Below are positions 36,072 to 49,611 of a DNA stretch of 64,000 bases, piece by piece; within the stretch, counting starts at the first letter, position 1; every line of letters starts with the position of its first letter. The DNA is taken from positions 11,594,001-11,658,000 of the forward strand of contig NC_091999.1 of the NCBI RefSeq assembly GCF_044704955.1. Reading direction: 5' to 3'. The notes under the pieces were generated by a model, which was not told the DNA's origin, did no database searches, and saw only the letters and a program-made list of their open reading frames with translations. The stretch comes from Pristiophorus japonicus (lineage: Eukaryota). Made by a program: the position numbers and the translations under genes.

Positions 36072-36519
36072 TGTTTTTGTACAGTGTGTGGCTCTATCGC
36101 ACAGTAATACTACATGATATCCATGATCTCCGAGTTCTCAATGAGCAATTAGCCATGTTTGTCCACAGTGGAAAAAACTAATTCCAATCTGACCCTGCTC
36201 CCTTTGTCATCCGATGCTCGCATTATTATCCACTCGACTCCCTGATTATATTTCCGTTTGTACCAGTGCATGGCGCAAATAGTAAGCGTGTCATCACTGC
36301 AGTTTATCTGCACCAAATCCCAGCGGCGAACTGTTATCGCGAAGTGAGACTGCAGCACATCGTCCGAGAGACGCCGATCTGTAAAAATATTCAGATAATA
36401 AAATATTAGAGCAACGTTAATAAAAAAAACCCTGCGTGTTATTGAGCTCAGCTCCTGTACCTACATGTTAGCAGCAGAAGAATAACGAGGAACAGGTTAA
36501 TTTGTACCGAATAATACAT
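36072..36519 (-). pseudogene. V segment family C copy 3 (pseudogene)
   Basis: Leader ATG 36519, exon from 36378, TAA after DKHG; RSS collapsed to CACACTG-T-ACAAAAACA. Confidence 0.9.
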
Positions 36520-38210
36520 TCTGGTAATTATAATATCAAGAAGAAAGTGGCACCGAAATCGCATCAGAAGACCCCGAACCGAGTGAAGGCATTGAATAGG
36601 TGGCAGATTAAAGACATCGCCGCCCAGTAAAAGATTCAGTCACGTGGGTTTGATGCTCTTGGATTGGCTGGAAATGAGCATTGATCAACCGTGGTTCACC
36701 TCCAGACATGTGATCTAATGACCAGCAAGTTTCTCTCCTCCTTGTGGAGGGAAGTGAGCTGAACTCCATTCCTTTGTGATAGTGACTTTCTAAGGGACGT
36801 TCCTGCCGTTGCATGTTTGGAACTACGTCAATCTCTAGGTAAGCATTTCCATAGAGAATGGATGGAGTATGTTGGTCTGTACCCCAAAGATGAGTTTACA
36901 CATTTAGGATGCTCTGATTAAGACTTTCCTTACAGAATTAATGGAGGCTCTGGATCAGCACTCCACAGAGGAGTCAAGCCATTCAGCGCAGTCTGATTAA
37001 CCCTTTCCTTACAGAATGTATGGATACTCCGGAAATGTGCCCCACAGCAGTAACAGCAGAAATCCAGCCTTTCTTTACAGTAGCAGACAGTAGCAAAGCG
37101 GCGACTCAGCATTTGGGTTGTGTGGCAGCCATTTCTGAAAATCCAAGCTGGCTGCAGTCTACGTCCTTATAGGAGAATGGTTCCACATTTAGAGTCCGGG
37201 GTGGGAATGAAACCCATATCTAGGTTCTGTAACCGGGAAGCACAGGATTGTTATAACGTTTAGTTTACATAAGAAGATAAGAATTAAGAGTGGGATTAGG
37301 CTATGCGGCTTTTTGAGTCTTCTCCGCCATTCAATAAGATCATGGCTGATCTTCGACCTCAACAAAATTTCGCACCTGACCCCCGTATCCCTTGATTCAC
37401 CTCAAGTCCAAAACACGATCGATCTCAGCTTTGAATATGTTCAACTACTCTGATTCCACAGGCTTTTGCTGTAGAGAATTGTCAAGATTCAATACCCTTC
37501 GAGTGAAGAAATGTCTCCTCATCTCGGTATTAAAAGGCAGACTCCTTGTCCTGAGATAATGCCCCCATTTCTGTACTCTACTGCCAAGAGAGACAACCTC
37601 TCAGTGCCTAACCTGTTAATCCCCTTCAGAATTGTATACGTTTCACTTAGGTCACCTCTTATTCTTCTAAACTCCAGAGTACGCAGATTTATTTCGAGGT
37701 CATTTAATTCTCTATAATTCTGTTGCTTTTACTGTAGTCTATTGGTAATCATTACTCCAGTGAGCTTTCACTCACGGGTCAGTTCACTGGTGAACTAACA
37801 ATGATTCCGAATTTTACCGTTGTTATTTGATTAGTTTAATTATTTATACATCTGTGTCTGTCTGTCCCTTCCAGTATTGACACAATTGTTTTTTTTCAAC
37901 GGTCTCTAGGTCTATCCCTTTATCCATCTTATTGCCTAGCAACATGTCTGTCAATTTGTCTGCCCGCCAGTTGTCTCGCTCACTCTATCTCTCTGTCTAT
38001 GTGTCTGACTGTCTGTATTTCTTTCTCTGTCTCTATGTCTCCGTCTATTAACCTGCCGAACTATCAATATCTAGCCATTAGTCTGATGCTTGCTCGTTAT
38101 CTCTCTTTGTCTCCCTGTATATATTCAAAGATATTGACAGATATATTCTCAAAGAAACACAAGCCTGTGGTCTGTGTTTTACGCTGAGTAATCAGGATTG
38201 TTTTATGCAG

Positions 38211-38420
38211 GATTAAGTTCTGGAGACTCAGTCGATCAGTGGCCAACAGAAGCCCAATCCCTGGAAGGCACCTCAATAAGCATTACTTGTAATTATTCCA
38301 CCGCCCAATCCAGCTACTACCTGGAGCTTTACCGTCAGAGCCAGTACAAGGATCCCACTCTCGTAATTCGAAAACGTCAAAAGTATTGCTGTTGTCACTC
38401 CTCCTCATGTACAATACTTT
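38211..38420 (+). pseudogene. V segment family D copy 2 (truncated)
   Basis: GLSSGDSVDQWPTEAQSLEGTSISITCNYSTAQSSYYLELYRQSQYKDPTLVIRK, then deletion of CDR2-FR3; no heptamer. Confidence 0.8.
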
Positions 38421-39050
38421 ACTCTTTTCTAGTTTAAGTTACATCTTCCATAATCGTCTCTATTTGTCCTGGCTCAGGTGTGTGAGTCCATTCATCGGGA
38501 CCGCTGCTGTTAATGTCTCTCCCTGTATTCCGCAGCCCCAGTGCCAGATTAGCGAATCTGTCTGAGACACGGACCACCCTAGTCACGCACCAGAAATGGA
38601 GACACTTTTACCCTTTTGTCAGGGCCGGGTTTGAACACGGAATACCAGAGCATGTTAGGAATGCTTCGGACTCATTGCCAGGAACCATCAGAGTGATCAG
38701 ACGCCAATCCGCTTCTGACGTTTACAAAGTGAAACGAGAACAAATATCGGGCATCTCGGTGAAGAACACGTCAGCGATCTGATTATTAGATGCGAAAGAA
38801 CAACGTTAAAAAGATCAGATGCCTCTCCTAGTCGCTGGCAAATTATAACATCTGTTATCGAACTGACCAACCATACATATAGACTTTCAAATAATCGATA
38901 TCACAGGAATGTTCAGAACCAGTACCTTGCAATAGAATGCATCGAATTGGGATATTCAGTTTCATATTTCCATGTTACTATTCTGACTTAAGAAGACTGA
39001 ATTGGAAAGTAAACCTGTTGAATGTGTTGGTGTTTGTCTTTTATTAGCAG

Positions 39051-39383
39051 GGGTCCGTGGTGAGTATGCAATATCCCAAACTGAGCAGGTGACGGCGGCA
39101 GAGGGACAGTCAGTTCAAAACCAGTGCGATGTGACCATCAGAAGTAGCGATAAGGGTTTATAGTACCGGCAATTACCATGCCGGGCACTGGAATTTACAA
39201 ACTCCGCCTATCAGGCCAATAAAACCGACGAGAGACGACGGTTCGATTTGTTTGTTGACAGAAAGAGTTGTTTTAATATTTTAGGTAAGACAAACGCGGA
39301 AAGCCGCGGCTTTAGAGTCTGGCCTGTGTTAATGCACGACAATGCACACTGAGACAACCGGTGATACATCCTGTACAATAACT
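39051..39383 (+). pseudogene. V segment family E copy 2 (pseudogene)
   Basis: Cys23 present, Trp41 codon is TAG, YYC degenerate; RSS CACACTG(39345)-23-ACAATAACT. Confidence 0.85.
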
Positions 39384-40580
39384 TTCATTCCTCTCAATCA
39401 CCGAGATCAGGATATTTATTCTCATTATCTTGTGTCCCCCTTTAGAAGACAAACGTTCTTCAAATGCATTATTGTCATTTAGTGTCATTTGACAAACATG
39501 TACAGCTTTAAATAAGTGGTTAATGGGGTCGCCACTTTAAGGGTCTGGATCCAATCAGTAACCGTGATTTCACTGGGATACATCAAATATGGTGGTGTCA
39601 TATTATTAAATAATCATTTAAGAAGCCATTAGGGATGGCCAATAAATGCTGGCCTGGGCAGCGACGCAGGCATACAGCGAATGAATTAAACATAACTTCG
39701 TATAACATTAAATAGCGTTTTCAGTTTTATTATTGAGTGTTACTCCAAATGAAATAAATGAAAATGGAAGTTACTGCAATATTTAGATCCAGGTGCTTGA
39801 ATTTCTCCCTGCAGACATCCTCTTCACAGTAAAGTAATTAGGTAAACAATCCAAGTAATACTGGGAGTGAATACTTCGTTTGACAAATTCGAAAAATATA
39901 CATTTACCCGAAACCACCACCAGGTGCCGCGCTTCTCCGTCACAAGTTTTCACGTTGATATAGGACTTAAAGCACAATATATATTGCTGTTTCTGTTTGA
40001 CTAAGATAATGAAGGCATCGAGACCACAGGGACAATATGGACGTTACGGTATCAAGGAAAATATTCATCGAAAGGAGTAAAGGAGGAGAAAGATTTAGGG
40101 GTTCAGATTCAGAAAGTTTGGAACAAACTGGAAAATTCGATGATTCCAAGACTGCGATGACTATCTGAGATAGAAATGCGACACATATCAAATCTTCCTC
40201 AAAAATTTAATCTGTCGTTAAACTCAGCTATCAGAGGCATTCCCGGAATGGTTCAATAGTTCGTTGTTATTAGAGACAATCGACATGTGGGACTGTGAAT
40301 GAAGTCAGATGACAACTTCCCTTAATATGCTGAATGGTGAGACTGTCTCCCATCAGCATCGCACTGTATGGGGAGAATTTAAAGCCCTCCCCTCACATCC
40401 CCGTCATCACAATTGGAATTCAGGGACTAGGCAGCACGGTGGAATGTGGAAATCAGACCTTAATTGATCCTCTGTTGTCCATCTTTCTCGTCCTGAACAG
40501 GAACCTCCGCAAGGAACTATTTCCAGTTGGCGCAATTGTGCTGTTGATGTTGTGTGGGTTTCTTTATCTGATCAGACGCC

Positions 40581-40957
40581 ATGTTTTTATCAATTTTTTA
40601 TTACCTTGCGATGGTGAGTGACTTTGTTTTGCTCACAGCCATTCATTGCTAGGATCTGAGCTCATATCTGCAGCACGTGGTGTCTCGGGAAGGGGAAAGG
40701 TTTGAACTGGACTGCCGGCGTTCCTTTGGTGCTGGGGATAATGCAGCCTGGTACAGACAAGCACTGACAGGACCGCCAACATTTATCAGCTCCATATACC
40801 AGGGGAAAGAGATATTTAGGCGCAACAAACTGTCCTTTGACCGAACGCAGAAGTCCAACACCATCAATAGATGTCACCGCCGCAAGAGATGTTGGAGTGT
40901 AGCACTGTGCGGTGGGGGCACAGAGAAGCAAAGGGCGGCTCCAGCTGCACAATATCT
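40581..40957 (+). pseudogene. V segment family F copy 2 (pseudogene; leader in frame with V without splicing)
   Basis: MFLSIFYYLAMVSDFVLLTAIHC*DL..ELDCRRSFGAGDNAAWYRQ; FR3 frameshift shared with F1. RSS CACAGAG(40919)-23-ACAATATCT. Confidence 0.85.
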
Positions 40958-41145
40958 TGTATGTTGTCGTCTTTCCGCTGCACCATGTATTATTTCCCGA
41001 ATCAAGTTCTGTAGCAATACCGGTGTTATTCAGAAATTGCACTTTTACATCTTTAAACTTTCACCTGTAAATTTACAACATCTTATAGCAATAACTACCA
41101 ACAATGTGCTTCGAAACATATTAACTAAAGTTTTCTATGTTTGGT

Positions 41146-41411
41146 NNNNNNNNNNNNNNNNNNNNNNNNNNNNNNNNNNNNNNNNNNNNNNNNNNNNNNN
41201 NNNNNNNNNNNNNNNNNNNNNNNNNNNNNNNNNNNNNNNNNNNNNNNNNNNNNNNNNNNNNNNNNNNNNNNNNNNNNNNNNNNNNNNNNNNNNNNNNNNN
41301 NNNNNNNNNNNNNNNNNNNNNNNNNNNNNNNNNNNNNNNNNNNNNNNNNNNNNNNNNNNNNNNNNNNNNNNNNNNNNNNNNNNNNNNNNNNNNNNNNNNN
41401 NNNNNNNNNNN
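41146..41411. other. Assembly gap (N run)
   Basis: Ns lie where unit 1 has a TAGA/TAGC microsatellite (~8985-9090). Confidence 1.
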
Positions 41412-41550
41412 TGGCTAGACAGAAAGATAGGTTGCTAGACATAGCTAGATAGGTAGATAGATTGATTAGTTCAGTCTTCCCGGATTCAAGCATCTTATTA
41501 CATTCTCCTTACATGTATCTTCAGTTTATTTCTCATTCCTGCTTTTGCAG

Positions 41551-41870
41551 CTGCTCCTTGTCACTCGGTGAGATTTGAAATATTGGTGTATTGGGAAACC
41601 GAAGGACAAAACATCTTGCTTCATCACAAAACTACATTCGCTACAAATGTCTTCGTATTGTGGTACGGACAGCAACCCACTCATTCTCTCTTGTATCCCA
41701 GCTCCACCTTCAGAAACCAAAGAGTTGAGGTGAGATTTGAAGCGTCGATGGACCGTGAGAAATTTTCCACCACTCTCATCGTGAACATGGCTGAGCTGTC
41801 AGATGCCGCAGTGTATTGCACTGCAGTGAGACACGGTAAAACAAAGAGGTGAGGACCCTGTAACAGAACT
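41551..41870 (+). pseudogene. Degenerate V segment family H copy 2
   Basis: LWYGQQP..RFEASMDREKFSTTLIVNMAELSDAAVYCTAVR, Cys23 absent; RSS-like CACGGTA(41832)-23-AACAGAACT. Confidence 0.7.
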
Positions 41871-42115
41871 CACTAATCGCAGGGATTAAGGAGACCAGGG
41901 GTGTCAGAATCGAGTGCGATACAAGTAACATCAGCAAAAGGCTACCTCAAATGAATAAAGTACGTCAGCAGTGCATTGGTTTTAACATATTACAAACAAG
42001 ATTAATTGCTTATTTGGAAATGCAAATTATGCTTTAAAAATTTCACCCAAATTAGACCCTGATCCAGGCAGTAGCTTAACTTACCTCATGCTGTGCTTGC
42101 CCTGCTTGCCCTGGG

Positions 42116-45100
42116 AGGCACAGGAGTCTGGAGGCTCGGGAGTTCGAGCGTCGGAGAGGAGGCGGAGCGGGGAGATCGAGGCGGCCTACAAAAGGCCCAG
42201 GAGTCGGAGTCTCGGGAGTTTGAGCGTCGGAGAGGAGGCGGTGCGGGGAGATCAAGGCGGCCTACAAACGGCCCTAGGAGTTGGGAGGCCCGGGAGTTCG
42301 AGTGTCGTCGAGGATGCGGAGCGCGGTGATCGAGGCGGTCTACAAAAGGCCCAGCCGGTGCAACTACAGGGCGAAGGCAAAAGAGTAGAATGAAATCGAA
42401 AGGTGACGTCACAGCCAAGAGGGTAAGTGTTTGGCTGGTAATTGGTGAGTAGTTTTTCTTTTTATTTCTTTATCAGTCAATAACCTTTTAACATTGTTGT
42501 AACCCATGGGTTAATTCATGGCAGGAGAGCATAGACACGTGTTATGCTCCTCCTTTGCTATGTGGGAACTCAGGGATGCTTCCAGTGTCCCTGACGACTA
42601 CGTGTGCAGGAAGTGCATCCGCCTGCAGTTACTGACAGACCGCATTGCGGCACTGAGGCTGTGGGTGGATGAACTCTGGAGCATCCACGATCCTGAGAAT
42701 GACGTGAATAGCAAGTTTAGCGAGTTGGTCACACCGCAGGTAAAGGGTACACAGCCCGATAGGGAACGAGTGGCCAACACGAAGAGCAGTGCAAGAAAGG
42801 TAGTTCAGGGGTCCGCTGCTGTCATTCCGCTGCAAAACCGATACACCGCTTTGGGTACTGTTGAGCGGGATTACTGATCAGGGGAGGGCAGCGGCAGCTA
42901 AGTGAATGGCACCGTGGTTGGCTCTGCTGCACAGGAGGGCAGCAAAAAAGAGTGAGAGAGCGATAGTGAAAGGGGATTCAAATGTAAGGGGAATAGATAG
43001 GCGTTTCTGCGGCCGCAACCGAGACTCCAGGATGGTGTGCTGCCTCCCTGGTGCAAGGGTCAAGGATGTCTCAGAGCGGGTGCAGGACATTCTGAAAAGG
43101 GAGGGTGAACAGCCAGTTGTCGTGGTGCACATTGGTACCAACGATATAGGTAAAAATACGGGATGAGATCCTACAAGATGAATTTAGGTAGCTAGGAGCA
43201 AAATTAAAAAGTAGGACCTCAACATTAGTAATCACAGAATTGATACCAGTGCCACGTGCTAGTCAGAGTAGGAATCCCAGGACAGCTTAGATGAATACGT
43301 GGCTTGGGGAGTGGTGCAGAAGTGAGGGATTAAACTTCCTGGGGCAATGGAACCGGTTCTGGGGGAGCTGGGACTAGTACAAACCGGACGGTCTGCACCT
43401 GGGCAGGACATCAACCAATGTCCTCTGGGGAGTGTTTGTTACTGCTGTTGGGGAGGAGTTAAACTAATATGTCAGGGGGATGGGAATCTATGCAGGGAGG
43501 CAGAGGGAAATAAAAGGGAGAGAGTGGCAAAAAATGGAAAGGAGAATAGTAAAATTGGAGGGCAGAGAAACCAAAGGCAAAAAACAAAACGGGCCACATT
43601 ACAGCAAAATTCTAAAGGGGCAAAGTGTGTTAAAAAGACAAGCCTGAAGGATCTGTGCCTCAATGCGAGGAGTATTCAGAATAAGGTGGACGAATTAATT
43701 GCGCAGATAGCAGTTAATGGATATGATGTAATTGGCATCACAGAGACATGACTCCAGGGTGACCAAGGCTGGAAACTTAACATTCAGAAGTATTCAACAT
43801 TCAGGAAGGATAGACAGAAAGGAAAAACAGGCGGGGTAGCTTTGCTGGTTAAAGAGGTAATTAATGCAATAGTAAGGAAGGACATTGGCTTGGAAGATGT
43901 GGAATCGGTATGGGTGGAGCTACGTAATACCAAATGGCAGGAAACGCTGGTGGGAGTTGTGTACAGACCACCAAACAGTAGTACTGAGGTTGGGGACAGC
44001 ATCAAACAAGAAATAAGGGATGTGTGCAATAAAGGTACTGCAGTTATCATGGGCGACTTTAATTTACATATAGATTGAGCTAACCAAACTGGTAGCAATG
44101 CGATGGAGGAGGATTTCCTGGAGGGTATTAGGGATGGTTGTCTTGACAAAATATGTCGAGGAACCAAATAGAAAGCTGGCCATACTCGACTGTGTGATGT
44201 GCAATGAGAAGGGATTAATTGGCAATCTTGTTGTGCGAGGCCCCTTGGGAAAAGTGACTATAATATGGTAGATTTCTTTAGTAAGATGGAGAGTGACACC
44301 ATTAATTCAGAAACTAGGATCCTGAACTTAAGGAAAGCTAACTTCGACGGCATAAGGTGTGAATTGGCTCGAATAGACTGGCAAATGACTCTTAAAGGGT
44401 TGACGGTGGATAGACAATGGCAAACATTTACAGATCACATGGATGAACTTCAACAAGTGTACATCTCTGTCTGGAATAAAAATAAAAGAGGGAAGATGGC
44501 TCAACCGTGGCTAACAAGGGAAATTAAAGATAGTGTTAGATCCAAGGAAGAGGCATAGAAATTGCCCAGAAAAAGCAGCACACCTGAGGACTGGGCGAAA
44601 TTTAGAATTCAGCAGAGGAGGACAAAGGGTTTAATTCGAAGGGGGAAAATAGAGAACAAGAGGAAGCTTGCCGGGAACATAAAAACTGACTGCAAATGCT
44701 TCTATAGATATGTCAAGAGAAAAAGATTAGTGAAGACAAACGTAGGTTCCTTGCAGTCGGACTCGGGTGAATTTATAATGGGGAACAAACAAGTGGCAGG
44801 GCAATTGAACAAACACTTTGGTTCTGTCTTCACGAAAGAAGACACAAATAACCTTCTGGAGGTAATGGGGGAGCGAGGTTCGAGTGAGAAGGAGGAACTG
44901 AAGGAATAGTCGGGAAATTGCGTTGGGGAAATTGATGGGATTGAAGGCTGATAAATCCCCGGGGCCTCATTGTCTGCATCCCAGAGTACTTAAGGAAGTA
45001 GCCCTCGAAATAATGGATGCATTGGTGATCATTTTCCAACACTCTATCGACTCGGGATCAGTTCCTTTTGACTGGAGTGTAGCTAATGTAACACCACTTT

Positions 45101-46531
45101 TTAAAAAAGGAGGGATAGAGAAAACGGGTAATTATAGACTGGTTAGCCTGACATCAGTAGTGGGGAAAATGTTGGAATCAATTATTAAGGATGAAATAGC
45201 AGCGCATTTGCAAATCAGTGACAGGATCGGTCCAAGTCAGCAAGGATTTATAAAAGGGAAAACATGCCTGAAAAATATTCTGGAATTTATTGAGGATGTA
45301 ACTAGTAGAGTGGACATGGGAGAACGAGTGGATGTGGTCTATTTGGACTTTCAAAAGGCCTTTGACAAGGTCCCACATAAGAGGTTGGTGTGCAAAATCA
45401 AAGCACATGTTATTGGGGGTAATGTAAAGGCGTGGATAGAGAATTGGTTGGCAGACAGGAAGCAGAGAGTCGGGTAAATGGCTCCTTTTCGGAATGGGAG
45501 GCAGTGACAAGTCGAGTGCCGCAGGGCTCAGTGCTGGGACCCCAGCTCTTTCCAATAAACATTAATGATTTGGATGAAGGAATTGAGTGTAATATCTCCA
45601 AGTTTGCAGATGATACTAAAGTGGGTGGCGGTGTGAGCTGTGAGGAGGATGCAAAGAGGCTGCAGGGTGACTTGGACAGGTTGGGTGATTGAGCAAATGC
45701 ATGGAAGGTGCAGTGTAATGTGGATAAATGTGAGGTTGTCCACTTTTGTGGCGGAAACACGAAAGCAGAATATTATCTGAATGGCGGCAGATTACGAAAA
45801 GGGGAGGTGCAACGAAACCTGGGTGTCATGATTCATCAGTCATTGAAAGTTGGCATGCAGGTACAGCAGGCGATGAAGAAGGCAAATGGCATGTTGGCCT
45901 TCATAGCTAGGGGATTTGAGTTTAGGAGCAGGGAGATCTTAATCAATTGTACAGGGCCTTGGTGAGGCCTCACCTGGAATATTGTGTTCAGTTTTGTTCT
46001 CCTAATCTGAGGAAGGACGTTCTTGCTATTGAGGGAGTGCAGCGAAGGTTCACCAGAATGATTCCAGGGATGGCTGGGCTGACATATGAGGAGAGACTGG
46101 ATCAACTGGGCTTTTATACACTGGAGTTTAGAAGGATGAGAGGGGATCTCATAGAAACGTAAAATATTCTGATGGGAGGGAGTACGTTAAATGCGGAAGA
46201 ATATTCCGGATGTTGCGGAAGTCCAGAACCAGGGGACACAGTCTTAGGGTAAGTGGTAAGCCATTTAGGACTGAGATGAGGAGAAGCTTCTGCTCTCAGA
46301 GAGTTGTCAATCTGTGGAATTCCCTGCCACAGGGATTTGTTGATGCATGTTCATTGGATATATTAAAGAGGGAGTTAGATATGGCCCTTACAGCGAAAGG
46401 GATCTTGGGGTATAGAGAGAAAGCAGGTAAGGGGTACTGAGTTGAATGATCAGCCATGATCTTATTGAATGGTGGTGCAGACTCGAAGTGCCGAATGGCC
46501 CACTCCTGCAACTATTTTCTATGTTTCTATC
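42116..46531 (+). mobile_element. Near full-length CR1-clade LINE (HER1-like), inactivated
   Basis: 5'UTR with ~75-bp tandem repeats; ORF1 with a Cys-rich motif (CRKC) and an SGNH esterase-like domain (GDSNVR..LPGA..HIGTND); ORF2 APE endonuclease (LNARS..GITET..YRPP..GDFN) and RT ([25 protein letters not shown]) broken by stops and frameshifts; TTTCTATG tail. Empty site at ~9736 in unit 1. Confidence 0.95.
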
Positions 46532-47296
46532 TTTATTTGGATAGTACAGAGGCAGCTTTACTGTTTATCTAACCCGTGCTGTAGCTGCCCTGGCAGTGTT
46601 TGTTGGGGCAGCGTCGAGGGAGCATTATTCTGTAACTAATCCCGTGCTATAGCTGACCTATGAGTGTTTGATGGGACGGGGTAGAGTGAGCTTCAAATTG
46701 TGTATAACCTGTTCTTCTCCTGCACTGGAAGTACTTGATGGGCCAGTGAAGTTGGAGCTTTACTCTGTATCTAACCCGTGCTATACCAGTCCTGCGAGAC
46801 TTTGGTGTGACATTGTAACGTGAGCATTACTCTGCATCTAACTCATGTTGTTCCTGAGTAGAATTCTTTTATGTGCAATCTTGATAAACATGATGAGGAA
46901 TATATATTGATTTTATTTTGATACAACATTCAGCTAAATCGTCAAGAGCGGAAGTTAATCGTCTTTGATTCATGGCACTCCTGTGCTTGATCTCCACATT
47001 TGATGATTGGAATTTATAATGACTTTCATTTTTACGAAATTAACATTCCATATTTATGAACTCTGCTATTATTAACGTGAAGTCCATCTAATTTATGCAA
47101 ATGGATGGGTGTTAGTGACCTGGGCAAAGTAAAAAAAAAGCTGAGAATTGAACTCTCAAATTTAATATAAATAGCAAAGCAGCAAAACCAGGACAAAAAA
47201 ATGGCAGCTGTTACAGTCATAATCATAACAAACTAATAACAATAATAATCTGACAATAGTAATGCAGAATAATAACGCAACAGTGTTCTTTATAAG

Positions 47297-47500
47297 TTGA
47301 GAACCAATGTTGCACAGAGCAGATTCGCTTTACCTTCTGTCGCCACTGGGTAGTGCTCCAAAACCTGATATTTGACCAAAACTTACAGATCCATCAGTTT
47401 AACGGTTTCACAGGTGACAGCTAGGGATTCCCGGAAACATTTCTGTGTCTTTTCATCGCACATAGTTTTGTATTTAGGGCAAGTGGCTATAAACAAACAA
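47297..47500 (+). pseudogene. V relic family G copy 2
   Basis: Paralog of 10507-10710: SLTVSQVTARDSRKHFCVFS followed by CACATAG (47459). Confidence 0.5.
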
Positions 47501-49611
47501 CAGGTGTTATGGAGTTGGGCAAGAGACTGACAGTGAACCCACGATATCTCTCTATATCATGGGGCAATATCACTGCAAGGTACAATGGGGGAGGGTAAAT
47601 GTTGCCCAATCCAAAATGATACTTCAGTGTGTCATAAACAGACAGTTCGGTGGATCTTACACTAGGCCCTGTATCAGCTTTTACTGCACTGGGATATGTA
47701 TCTGTTTATATTACCCAAAGCTCTGTCTCAGTTAATAATGTGCTAGACCATTTTTCTGTTTACATTATACTGACCCTGTCTCAGTTATTACTGTACTCGA
47801 CCACGTCTCTCTTTATATTACATTGGATCCTGTCGCAGTTTATACTACACTGGATCCTATCTCTGATTAAATCACACGATACCAAGTATCTTTTAATATT
47901 ACACGAGGCACTGTCTCTTTGTATATCGAAATAGGTCTTATCTCAGTTATTACTGCACTTGACCCTGTCTCTGTTATCATTACACTATACCCTGTCTCTG
48001 TATATATTACGCAAAGCCCTGTCACTGTTTATATTATACCAGACCCTGTCTCTGTTTATACTACATTAGACCCAGTTTCAATTATAATGCACTAGACCCT
48101 GTCTCTGTTTGTATTGCACTCGATCTTGTCTCTGTTTTTCCGCCATTTTCCTTCAGACCTTCACCCCTGCTTCCCTGAAGTTTCGCTGCATATCCTTTCG
48201 CCCCTCATCGGATTCATTCGGTGCCTTCTGGCGAGTGGATCATCTCCAGATCTTTCGAATCAGATCGGAGTTTCTTCCAGCATTTTTAATGCTGATGTAG
48301 CGCTCCTTTTCCTCAAAACTCCTGGAGTTCAGGCATGATGCCTGTTGTGGTTTAATAGCACATTTAGTTAAGGGAAGTTACATTAACGACTTTTAAAAAG
48401 GCGGTTGCAGGAAGTTTGGGAACTGGTGCCGATGATGGTTAAAATATGTCTCTGCCCCAATCCCTCTTCCCCGACACCCCCTATCCGTGGCGGCCCTCCA
48501 CTCTAATCTCATGTGGTTTCGCTGTCCTGTTCCCGCTGACACCGGGCTCGGTAAATTTCAGGGAGTGATTAAGCCCATCAAGTAAGCAATTACTTCTCGC
48601 TCCTCACACCCTTTAAAAACTTCTTTAGAGACTCCTATCCAATTTACCTGTTGTATTTTCTCATGCAGTTATTCCACAATATCAGCTACTTCTGTGTAAA
48701 GAATTGCATTTGTTACTCCAAAAATTTATCTTTTGCCGGATTCATTCAGTTGCGATCCGGGCAATGGAGGGCTGCGCCTCCCACAATTCACATTGGCAGA
48801 GGAAAGCCGCTGACTTTGACACGGGTCCCGCTGTACTCTGGGAGATAAGATCGTAAATGCGCACCTCACCAACCATTCTAGCGACAACTGTATATTTCTC
48901 TCATTTGTCGATTAAGATACCAAAGTTGTTTTCTTGTAAATTGAAATAACTGTTCGTTTCAATCGAGCCATTTTATGTAAATAAACGGAAGCCATTCACC
49001 ACGTGTTACGTCGCACAAAGATGGCGGACTGTACGTGACAATGTGTTGCCCGCCAGTGTGCCCTGCAGTGGATGACGCCACAATCACCTTTTCACGTTAC
49101 AGCACCATGATTCACTGTTTCTCCCATTAAGCCAAGATCAGGGGTCACAAGACGTCTCCTGCAGAGCACACGAGCTCCATATGATGCGGTCTGTGACCCC
49201 TGACTTAGCGATGTGACCACGGGATATCAGCTCTTAAAAGAGCCTAGCTCAGCCACATTTGGTTCTGTTAGATTTGGTACTTGCAGGGAGTTGATAGGAC
49301 TTTGAATAAGAATGGGAAGAAAATTAATTTTAACACGTGAAGTATTCATTCATTCAGTAGGTTGTTGAATAGCAATTCCTCATATTGGCGAAAAATTGAT
49401 GTTGTGAAGTAGGATCAGTTATCCTAAAGGAGAACATGTAATTTTGCTTGAAAATAAAGACAATATGGATTTTATTTATTTTATTATCCTACCATAATAA
49501 AGCAGTTGGAATATAGCAGTTGGTCATTCATCCCCTCAAGCCTTTCCATCATGCTAAAAATCTAGTGGCCAATCTCTGGCAGCAAACAGAAATAAATGAA
49601 ATTGTCTATTA

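Noticed and set aside
40677-41493. Long ORFs of 93-253 aa
   Set aside because: They are inflated by the N gap; the real part is the F2 pseudogene.
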